From contig NW_003314339.1 of assembly GCF_000143415.4 (NCBI RefSeq), forward strand, positions 303,751-367,750: DNA of 64,000 nt, read 5' to 3'. This document shows positions 35,127-45,580 of this stretch, one piece after another (within the stretch, counting starts at the first letter, position 1; the number at the start of each line of letters is the position of its first letter). The notes under the pieces are model-generated. The model was not told the DNA's origin and did no database searches. It saw only the letters and a list, made by a program, of their open reading frames with translations. Origin of the DNA: Selaginella moellendorffii (Eukaryota > Plantae > Lycopodiophyta). A program made the position numbers and the translations under genes.

Positions 35127-37483
35127 ATGAATAGCTTAGAGACGGAGAAGAGCGATGGCGCCGCGCGAGGAATCGGCAAATACCAGAAGATTTCGCCGCT
35201 GAGCGACGGCAGCAAGGACGATTTGGCTGTGAATCAGGTGTCCGTGCCACAGGTGAGCGACCTCTCTCGATGCTTCTCTTCTAGCTGCTGATTCGTGTCC
35301 AAAGGCGCGAGGATGGAAGAAGCTCATGGCTTATGTCGGCCCTGGCTTCCTCGTCGCGATTGCATACATGGATCCCGGGAATTGTAAGTCTTATCGAGAG
35401 TTCTTTGAATCGAGAGCGTGAGCTACAGGCTCTTTGATTGATCTTTCTTTGTGATAAGAATTTCATTTCTAAAGTTCTCTTTGTTTGTCTTTGTTTGTTC
35501 TAGTCGAGAGCGATCTCCAAGCTGGAGCACAGTTCAAGTATGAGGTGAGATTCAGAAACTTCTCCTGCTCTTCCAGTAAAAATTCTCACAATGTTTGTTC
35601 TCGCAGCTGCTGTGGGTTCTTCTTCTTGCGACCGTCTCCGGTGCATTGATACAGTCTCTTGCTGCCAATCTGGGAGTTGTAACTGGTTAGCTTGGTATTT
35701 AATTTTCTCTTGAGGCGAGGAGTCCTTGCAAGGACTAACACACAGTTTTTGGATGTGCAGAGAAGCATCTGGCACAGCATTGTCGCTTGGAGTATCCACC
35801 CAAGGTGAATCTAGTGCTGTGGTTTTTAGCTGAGATTGCTATTGTCGCCAGTGATATTCCCGAAGGTGTTAAAACTTTTATCTTGTAGCTGCTTGATCTT
35901 AACTTTTTTCTCTTTGATGCTAGTGATTGGGACGGCGTATGCTCTCAACATGCTCTTTGGCCTTCAATTATGGATTGGAGTCGTACTTACCGGATTGAGC
36001 ACGCTTCTTTTTCTCGCTTTGCAGCAATACGGGGTACGCTTCTCGTTTTTTCTTCAGGCTATTGTACTTGGATAAAACTCAGCTCTGCTGTTCTCTCCGC
36101 AGATTCGCAAGCTCGAGATCTTCATATCGATTTTGGTGTTTACGATAGCTAGCTGTTTCTTCGTGGAGATGTTCAATGCGCGTCCCTCTCCTGTGGAGTT
36201 GATGAAGGGACTGTTTATTCCTAGATTAAGTGGAAATGGAGCAGCAGGGATAGCCATCTCTCTCTTTGGTGCCATGGTTATGCCGTAAGTGCTGCTTTGT
36301 TTAAGTTGTGGATAGTTCTGACTCTTTCTGTCGGCAGGCATAACTTGTTTTTGCATTCAGCTCTCGTGCTCACAAGATCGACTCCTCCGACAATGGAAGG
36401 AATCCGGGTAAAGTTCTATATGTCTTTATATTCAGTGTGAATTCATGTGGTGTCTCGGTGGTGGTATCAGGATGGGTGCAGGTACAATTTAATCGAATGC
36501 TGTTTCGCATTGCTCGTGTCTTTTGCCATCAATCTGGCAGTTGTAGCTGTCAGTGGAGCGGTTTGTAGCGACTCTCAACTCTCGGTAGCTGATGCGGATC
36601 GATGCAGTAACTTAGACTTGAATCGTGCTTCTTTCCTTTTAAAGGTGAGACAACCATACGTATACACTTGCTGTGTTCTTACAAACTTTTTGCCTGATCT
36701 TAGCATGTCCTTGGGAGCTGGAGCGGGGTTTTGTTCGGAATCGCTTTGCTTGCGTCAGGCCAAAGCTCGACAATTACCGGGACATTTGCCGGGCAATATG
36801 TCATGCAGGTTGGTTTCTTGCTGCCTAGTGTGATTCCCTCGAACAATTCTGCTCTTTCAGGGATTTCTGGAGCTCCGGTTTGAGCAGTGGATAAGGAACT
36901 TGTTGACGAGATGCGTTGCAATTGTTCCAAGTCTAGTTGTGGCTCTACTCGGCGGATCATCTGGTGCCGGACAGCTTATCATAATATCCTCGGTAACCAT
37001 CATCGAAAGTTTGCATAACTTTTCGTGGCTTGACAAAGCTTTGGTTGCTGCAGATGATTCTTTCTTTCGAGCTACCGTTTGCACTCATACCACTGCTCAA
37101 GTTCACGAGCAATCCGGGAAAGATGGGTCCGCATGTCAACCACAGAAAGGTACTTGTATGATTTTCTAGTCTCGAGTTTGTGTGGAAGCTTGACAATGCC
37201 GCTACAGGTGACAATATTGACTTGGGTGATCGGATCGAGCATCATTCTGGTGAATTTGTTCTACCTGGCCAGCAATTTTATCAAGTGGCTGCAAAGATCT
37301 AGACTGCGGAGACTACACATTGCTCTTCTGGGGATTGCTGGTTTCCTGGCATTGCTCGCCTATGCGCTGCTAGCCGCGTATCTGGCCTTACGCAAGGATA
37401 ACGAAGGAACTTACAGGCTCTCGAGCAGCGTGGAGGAGGAACAAGATGGTTTTGTCGACAAAGAGAGCGTCGTTGCTAATTAA
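35127..37483 (+). CDS. NRAMP: NRAMP metal transporter (intron-rich NRAMP1/6-like clade)
   Basis: [73 protein letters not shown] and [17 protein letters not shown]. Confidence 0.93.
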
Positions 37484-37546
37484 CCCTCTTTAGTATTAAT
37501 CAATCCAACATGGTAGACGGAGAACCCTAATTCTTTTGTTTTCGCC

Positions 37547-40098
37547 ATGGTTGTGGAGACGCCCACTTCCAATCCGCTGCCTCCTCCTCCGCGGCGCCGG
37601 AACGATGGCGGATTATCGTCGCGCCAAGAGAATCTCTCCAATGCGGATTTCCGGCGGATGGTCATGGAGACGCCGCGGCGAGCTCCACCGGATGAGAGCT
37701 CCAAGGATCAACGCCCTAAGAAGTAAGTGTATAGGCTACATTACACTGGTGAATAGTCTCAAGTGAAATTTCGTCCAGGAAGAATGCCGATGAGAGCGCA
37801 AAGCGTCCTGCCCGAAAGTTTCGACCGCCCAAGCCCAAAGAGTGAGCGTTTCTTTTGTTCTTTTTCTTTTGTTCTCTTTACTTATGCGAGTTCATTGTCT
37901 TAGAGAGGAGAAGAAACCGACCAAAGTCGACGAAGAGGATGATTTGCCAAAATACCGCGACCGTGCTAAAGAGCGGCGCGAGGATCAAAATCCTGACTAC
38001 GAACTTATGGCTGCAGCATCTGGAATCAGCACCTTACACGCTGTAGCTCCTCCGGGAGCTGTCGACTTACAGTGAAGTAATTCTTTCTCACGTGGAAAAT
38101 CGTTTATGGTGGTGTTTTTCTATTCTCCCTGCAGGGCAGCTGAAATACAAAAGAAGATATCCATAGCCAACAGCAAGTACCTTGGAGGTAAGGTTACCAT
38201 TTCATAGATTTATGAATTGGCTCTAGTAACACAGGTGATGTCGAGCACACGCACCTGGTAAAGGGGCTAGACTACGCCCTCCTAAACAAAGTCCGGAGTG
38301 AGATTGATAAGAAACCCGAAGAGTTGGAGGAGCCTGAGGAAGAAATAAGGTGCAAAACGGACTCTTTTCTTGTGTTTTCTGAGAGCGCATGTCTTTTATT
38401 TTCAGGGTCAGCAAGACCGAGGACGAACCAATCAAGTTCAATACTCCAGTTGCCAGGGTGAGACGTTTGTGCGTTGTGTTTAGTTTTGAAGCTAAAGTGT
38501 TCTCGCAGGTGATATACAAATGGTTGGTCAAGCCTCCAACGTTGAGCAAAACAAGCGACATGTTTCTTCCGGGTCGGATGGCCTATGCGTTCGACATGGT
38601 AGGCTTTTAAGTTTGTCTGGTAATTTCTAAAAGTTTTTGAGACTACAGGAAGAAATGTCACACCATATTCCTACCACCGTGTACCGAAGCAAAGATGACT
38701 GTCCTACACCCGAGGTAAGGAAAAAAATAAGCCGCAGTTGTATTTACAGTGCTGGTTTTCATGCAGGAGTTTGTGACTGTGGGAGTTGATGTGGCTGTTT
38801 TAGACAGGATAGCCAAAATCATGGCTTATTTGAAGCTGGGAGCTTCCGGTAAGGTGAGAGAGTTTGTGCTTGATTTTCTTAGACAATCTCTAACACGTGT
38901 GCTCCAGGCCTCTAAGAAAAAGAGGAGAGATAAGTCCGACACAAAAGGTACGTTGTATGATTCGCTTTTTTAATGAGTTTCGACCGACTTGTTTGACATT
39001 CACCAGGCACTGCAAAAGAAGCCGCGGCACTGGTAGCACCGATTGACGTCAAACAACCAGAGACGCATGATGATGAAGTAGTAAAGAACAGGCCTTCAGA
39101 CACAGACGATGCCGCCGTCGAAGAGGAAGCACCAAAGCCTCGAGTGGCTGAAGACGACATATTTGCAGACGCTGGCACAGACTACGTAGTAACTATGGAC
39201 GGCAGCCCTCGATCCGAGGACATGGAGGAGTCTCCACGACGGGATGGAAATGGTGGCGATTCATACTTTCATGAGGAGCAAAGATCACATGAAGACTTGG
39301 AACAGGCAAGCCTTCTAGCTATAAGTCTTGGAAGACAACTGACTGTTTTTTGTTTACCTTCCAATTTTTGAATCAGGCTCCAATGCAAGGTCCTGCGATG
39401 CCTCAGTTCGGTAGTGAGTGGCAAGATTACCTTCCTCCTCCTCCAGACGATCCTTCTTATGAATACTACGCCAATCAGCTTAGCGTGGAGGGAAATGCAA
39501 GCGTTCCAGCAGCAGCCGTTGCTCCTGTTGCACCAAAGGATCCTCTGTGCATGACGCAGGAAGAGAAGGACAGAGGCATGAGTTCGGTGTTCAAGCGCGA
39601 CGATCAAAGGCTCCGTCAGCGAAGGGAGCTTGATTCTCGCGAGAAAGATCCAAACTTTGTGTCAGAGAGCTACTCGGAGTGTTACCCAGGCTACCAGGAA
39701 TACAACAGAGAGATAGTTGACAGCGATGAAGACGCGGACCTCACGAAAATGGACGTCGGTGGCAGGGTACGCAGATTTTCTTCGTCTTGTTTACTTTTAA
39801 CTGTGTTCTTCGCCAGGCTAAAGGGCGATTGCATCGCTGGGACTTTGAGACAGAGGAAGAGTGGGGAAAATACAACGACCAGAAAGAAGCCACTCCAAAA
39901 GCCGCTTATCAGTTTGGTGTCAAGATGCAAGATGGGAGGAAGACGCGGAAGCAAAACAAGGATCAGAAGCTCAACAACGAGCTACACAAGATAACTCAGA
40001 TAATGGAGAAGAAGAAGAGAGAAAAAGGGGGGTTGCATGAAGACGGTGACATTGTTGCCGAAGAAAGCAGCCATCCTGGGAAGAGAATAAGAACATGA
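37547..40098 (+). CDS. SMU2: Spliceosomal protein RED/IK (SMU2-like)
   Basis: LSNADFRRMVMETPR, PKYRDRAKERRE, SKYLGGDVEHTHLVKGLDYALL, SESYSECYPG and RWDFETEEEWGKYNDQKEATPKAAYQFGVKM. Confidence 0.92.
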
Positions 40099-40179
40099 AT
40101 ATAATGTAGAAACGGGGGAAATATCTCTTCGACATATAGATTCGACATGAATTTTTCATAAGTAACAACATTGGAACTC

Positions 40180-40647
40180 TCAGCAAAAGAAAAGGACAGC
40201 GTACAAAAAGATCATTAGAAGGATCCCTTGAACGATCCTTCCCCAATGTATGGTCTTGACTGGCTCATGGATGATTGATTGATTGACTGGTGGAATTGGT
40301 TGACCTTTATTCCTCTTTCTTGGGTGCCTTTTCTTCCTCTTTTTTTCCTTTGGATCTTTGTCACCAACATCATCGATATCTTCTTCAAGACCATCCAAAG
40401 TCTCAAATGGATTTGCATCTTTGTGCGATTTTACCTGGCAAGCGTTGGATTTGGGAGGCTCCATGAAATTTATTAGAGGAAGGTATGGAATCCGGACCCT
40501 TTCAGGCTCTGGGATCTCCCCCCAGCAGTAGTCGTGATCCTCAGATACCTCCTCCATGTACCTGTCATGCTTAGCCCTCCTCTGCTGCTCCAAATGAATT
40601 GTCCGTAGCTTCTCCTTAATCGGATCAATAATCCTTAAAACCTCCAT
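40180..40647 (-). CDS. Orphan single-exon 155-aa protein with a basic cluster and C-terminal hydrophobic anchor
   Basis: ATG-initiated ORF filling the gap between RED and COMMD, with a TATATATATA run about 30 bp upstream. Contains KEKKRKKRHPRKRNK and ends GILLMIFLYAVLFFC. Confidence 0.55.
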   Translation of the reverse strand: MEVLRIIDPIKEKLRTIHLEQQRRAKHDRYMEEVSEDHDYCWGEIPEPERVRIPYLPLINFMEPPKSNACQVKSHKDANPFETLDGLEEDIDDVGDKDPKEKKRKKRHPRKRNKGQPIPPVNQSIIHEPVKTIHWGRIVQGILLMIFLYAVLFFC

Positions 40648-40795
40648 GCTGGTGATTTAGGTGTGAACGATCTGTATATATATAGTAGTGCTGAAAAGGA
40701 GAGTTTGTGACCCTTTAAAGGGGAATTTATAGATTTAGTTTTTGCTGGAAAACTTTGGGTTTCTCAAAAAGAAGGGTTTAGGGCTAGTTTATAAA

Positions 40796-41126
40796 ATGGA
40801 TTCTCTAGTGGACTTCGATTGGAAGCTCAAGGTGAGAGAGAGCTTGCTTCTAGTTGTTCTCATCATTTGCAATGCAGTGGATGGTGAGCAGCAGCGCCTT
40901 GGGCAGCATCAAACAGGGCATCTTGCGCCTCGAGATGGCCTTGGCAGACAAATCCCCGCTTGTGGCAGAGCTGGACAAGCAAGAACTGGAGTCACTGATC
41001 GAGAGCATGGAAGCCATTTGTGCTAGCGTCGCTAGAAAAGAAGAAGAAGAAGAAGAAGAAAAAGGAGGAGGAGATTCACCCGATTCACCCGATTCACCCA
41101 ATTCACCCAAGATCCAAGGGAAATGA
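40796..41126 (+). CDS. COMM-domain-only protein (COMMD family, COMMD8/COMMD6-like), 94 aa
   Basis: Exons 40796-40831 and 40878-41126 give MDSLVDFDWKLKWMVSSSALGSIKQGILRLEMAL..AELDKQELESLIESMEAI, fitting the COMM consensus LxDxxW..SS..L.L..E+..EL..L. Confidence 0.8.
41073..41109 (+). repeat. 9-bp tandem repeat (gattcaccc)x4 encoding DSP/NSP, preceded by a (gaa)n poly-Glu run
   Basis: Directly visible in the COMMD C-terminal tail. Confidence 0.85.
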
Positions 41127-41667
41127 TCAAAACACAAGTTTATTACCCCTGGAAATTCTTCCTCGTCACTGGGAGATTCCAACCACGACCAGACAGACGT
41201 TGAAGGCAAGGCAGGCCCCCTTTACCCGGTGACGTGGCGCGCACGTGGCAGTCCCGGGTTGGATGAGCGTTGGGGACAGTAGTGGACTGGTGCTATAGGT
41301 ACTCTCTACCATCACACTTTGGTTTTTTAGAAGAGTGCGCTGGAGAGAGAGAGAGAGAGAGAAGCGAGGGAGAGAGAGAGAGTGACAGGGCACAACGAGG
41401 AGGGAGTTTATTTGTTTTTGGGCGGCCAAAATTCGAACTCGCAGGGGCCGCATTCCCATGAGCGAGAGAGAAAGAGAGAGTTTTGGCTCCTCTTTTTCCT
41501 CTCGAGTCTCGAGAGGGTTTCTTCCATCCGGCCAAAGAGGTGAGAACTCCTTGAGAACTTGGGTAGAACCAGCTTGGAGGCTGTGAGCTAGATGAGCTAG
41601 ATGAGCGAGATGGAGCTTGGAGCGGAGGAATTCGCGCTGGACTAGGCCAAATTCCACGACCCACAAG

Positions 41668-44600
41668 ATGTTCTACTCCCAGTTCATCCTAGCCAAGAAG
41701 GGACCGCTGGGTACCATATGGATTGCTGCTCATCTGGAGCGGAAGCTCCGGAAGAACCAAGTTACCGAGACCAACATCGGTGTGTCTGTGGGTAAGTCAC
41801 GATCTAGGATGTTGTTTCGTTGCTGAAAAGAGAGTTTTTTCTTTTCTTTTTCTAGATTCCATTCTTTGTCCCGAGGTTCCAATCGCGCTGCGCTTGTCCG
41901 GGCACCTGCTGCTGGGTGTTGTGAGAATCTACTCGCGCAAGGTCAACTACTTGTTCCACGACTGTAGCGAGGCTTTGGTGAAGATCAAGCAGGCCTTTCA
42001 CTCTGGAGCTGTTGATCTTCCACCCGAGGCGGCCACTGCTCCTTTCCATTCCATCACGCTGCCGGAAACTTTCGATCTCGACGATTTGGAGCTCCTCCCG
42101 GATCGAGAAGCGTTATTCCTTGCAAATAGGTGGTTATATGTTTTTTTTTCTTTGCTTGTCTGAATGAACGTACAAAACTCTTGTTTTCTTATCCTTTTTT
42201 TTTTTTTTTTGCAGTTCCATCGATCACCATGTTACATCGCGTGAGCAGATTACTTTGCAAGACACCATCGAGGACACTACGTATCTTAGCTCGCAATTTG
42301 GACTCGATGGTAATTTGTTTTTCTCTCTCTCTTGAGCTTTTGAAAAACTCTAGCTTTCGAGAAATTCTGAGCTTGTAATTGTTTGTGTCTACGCAGAAAG
42401 ATTTACAGATGGGGATGCTCCTCGTTTGGATTTTGGCGAGGTTTGTGTCGTGCTCTTTTATTTCTTGGCTCTCAAAGACTTTAACTTTGTATTTTGTTTC
42501 CAGGATGTTTTCACCGTTAAAGAAAAAGATCAGGAGAAAGGCGTGAGCGTCGAAGAAGAGTACGTAGCCAGTGACTGGAATGCGTAATAATACTTACTTG
42601 AGAACTATTGCTTTTTGCAGCCCCGTCTCGGTGGAACCGATGGATGAAGATGACAAAGCCGAAGAGAACATCGAGACCGCCAACGAGGTCCCTGAGCTCC
42701 CAAACGATGATGCCATGGACCTGGATGATCAGCTCAAGCCCTCGGTGGACGCAAACACTTTCGATATCAACGTAGTGCCCGTCGAAGAGGTACCACCGCC
42801 GCCACCATTAGCAGCAGAAACGAATGAGTTTGCAGCTACCACTGAAAGCGAAGTTACAACAAAAGCTGATGGTGGCGACGAAGAGATTGTCCCCGAGCTG
42901 GTGGCTAGTGATTCGCTGGTTGAAACTACAGAAACTCCGGCGGACGCTCGTGAGAATGAAGACGCTGCTCCTGCGGCTACTGCTGCTGCTGCTGCTGAAG
43001 AAGTAAAAGAAGGAGAAGAAGAAGTTTCACCGTCTTCGCTTGAGAAGAAGAACGAAGGAATCGTCCTGCAAGAGAACGAGCAAGAGGAGAGTCGCGGTGA
43101 CAAAGATATTACTCAAGAGCAAGACGCAGACAAAGAACAAGACAAAGAAGAGACTTTGGAAACTGAGAAGGCTGTGGACGAGGACAACGCGCAGGGCCGA
43201 GAGATTGCCGTGGAGAAGCAGCTTGAGGATGTGCCTGATATTGAGAAAGTCCGATCGGCTCCCGAAGTTCCGTTGCTGGAGCCAAATGTTTTGGAACTTC
43301 CAGAGCCGGATTCTACTCCAGCAGCACCAGCACAGAAGAAAGAGGACGTGATTGATGATCCTGTTCCTCTCGTCGAAGATACTCTCAAACTTCAGGAAGT
43401 CGAAGAAACCCCGAGGCTTTCTCCTCCATCAATGACGAGAATGCCGGAGTTTCCTTCTCACGGGGATGATGATTTACTGGCGTCGATTCTAGGTGCGTAC
43501 TCATACACTCAATCTTTTCGTTTTTCCTCATGAATCTAAGCTTGGAAAAAACACAGGTAGAAGAACACCTTCTCTAGTGGTGGCACCGACACCACCTGCG
43601 AAGCGCCACAAGCCCGGTCCAAAGCCCGGCTCGAGAAAGAGAAAAGTTCACTTCGACGAATCCATGGTTTTGGATGGCGAGTAAGTTTTGTTTTCTCTTG
43701 GTTGTTTGTAAACCACGTCCCTTACGACGTTTTCTCCATAGTCACATGCGACAGCAGCTTGCGGACACGAGCAGCATTCGCCGGGTTCGAAAAAGAGCTC
43801 CTTGCACCGATTATGAAGTCTGGGGATCGGAGAAAGATGGACTAGGCCAGCAAATGTTCGACGAACCTCTCATTCCAGGTACAACTCTTTTTCTTAAGTT
43901 GGAGGAGTGCTTCCTTTTATTTTTCTTTTCTTTTTGCCAGGATCTTGCGATATCATTCGCGAGGTTTATCGTTCTGTGTACAGTGCCGGTGATGCAAGAC
44001 ACAGTGTGGAGTCCGACACCACCGAAGTGTCCGCCAGGCATGACAAGTATCAGCTGGAGGAAGAGGAAAGTCGCGAACCGATCACTCTCGAGGAGGAGCC
44101 ACTCGAGGACGATCTATTCTATGACCTGGAAGCTAGCTATCGCTTTGAAGAAGGTCTAGAGCAACCCGACCCTTTTCCTCGGACCGAAACAGTTGCCAGT
44201 GCAGAGAAAGCCGACGAGACGACGATCAAAGAGAACTTGGACTCGGAAAGGCGGGACGCTTGTGACAAAGAGGAGGCCCAGCCATCTGATAAGCCTGATG
44301 TTGTTCTTCCCGAGGAGCGGCCGTGTCCTGCTCTCGCCGACGAACACACTCTGGAAACTCCCGCTGGAGCTGATGTTCCAGAGCAAAGTGAGGGAGTTGT
44401 GGTGCCTGCAGTCGTCAACGATGCCAAGGATTTGAACGCGCTTGGTGATAGAAACGAGCTCGTAAATGGTGATGAGAAGCCGGAGGAGGCGGATCAAACA
44501 CCAAAACTTGCTGAGGCTCGTGAGTCCGAAGCAACCGAAGAAGAAAAGGAAGAAGCTGGGCTTGACGCTGTCAACCTCGAGGATGGACAAGAAATTCAAG

Positions 44601-45420
44601 CTGATGAATCCGTGGGTGACAAAGCTGGCTCAGAACCAAAGCAAATGGAAGACGAGGAGGCTCCGAATGACAACAAAATGGAGGAAGAAATGGTTGTAGC
44701 GGACAACACCACCCCAACACAAAGAACTGATGCCATCGATAGTGATCAACAAGTAGCTGCCAATAACACTGTAGAGGTATGGTCTGTCATCCTCTTGTAA
44801 GTTCATTCTAATCATCTTTCTTTCTTAGGATCTGGACTTTCTCGTAGACTCCAAGGACGAAGGTAATCAAGATGAAAGATTCACAAAAGCACTTGACTTT
44901 GTTTCGACGCTCTGTTCTTTTGATGTGCTCTTAGACGCTGCTGCTGGCGACGATGCTGACAATTACGATCCGGATTATCTGCAAGATCAAGCTCAAGATA
45001 ACAGTGGATGGTCCGTGAGAACAAGGTACGGTATGATCTCTGTGAGCGTGATTTTAACTTGGCGATTTGTGTCCAGGGCTGTTTGCCAGTATTTGCGAGT
45101 CACTTTTGAAACCATGGAGAGTGCCAGGAAAGAAAGGCACGTAGTGGCTCCAAAGCTCGGCTTGGAAAGACTTCTCCAAGGAAAAACCAGGCGAGAATCC
45201 GCTCGCATGTTCTTTGAGAGCCTGGTAAGCTTTTCTTTCTTACTTTGATGGTTTGATCCTCAAATCGTCAAAGCTTCGGTGATTTCATCCTCAAGCTAAA
45301 AATTGGTGTTGTTTCCACCAGGTGCTCAAGACTAAAGATTACATTAACGTGGAACAAATGGCTCCCTTTGACAACATTTACATCTCGGCTCGTCCAAAGC
45401 TCATGAAAGCCGAGATGTGA
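41668..45420 (+). CDS. RAD21: Cohesin alpha-kleisin RAD21/SCC1 (SYN4-like)
   Basis: N-terminal [22 protein letters not shown] and [29 protein letters not shown], an acidic linker, and C-terminal [35 protein letters not shown]. Confidence 0.95.
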
Positions 45421-45580
45421 TGTGAAGTGGAGATATATTTACTTGACTAGGTACTTACTCTTTCATCTTTTTTATTTATATTTTTTTGGTTGTATCATAC
45501 TGCAATGCTGCTTGTGCCGATTATTTTTTCTTTCTATCAATCCAAGAATGACCACCTGAAGAATAAAATGTGGTCGCTAT

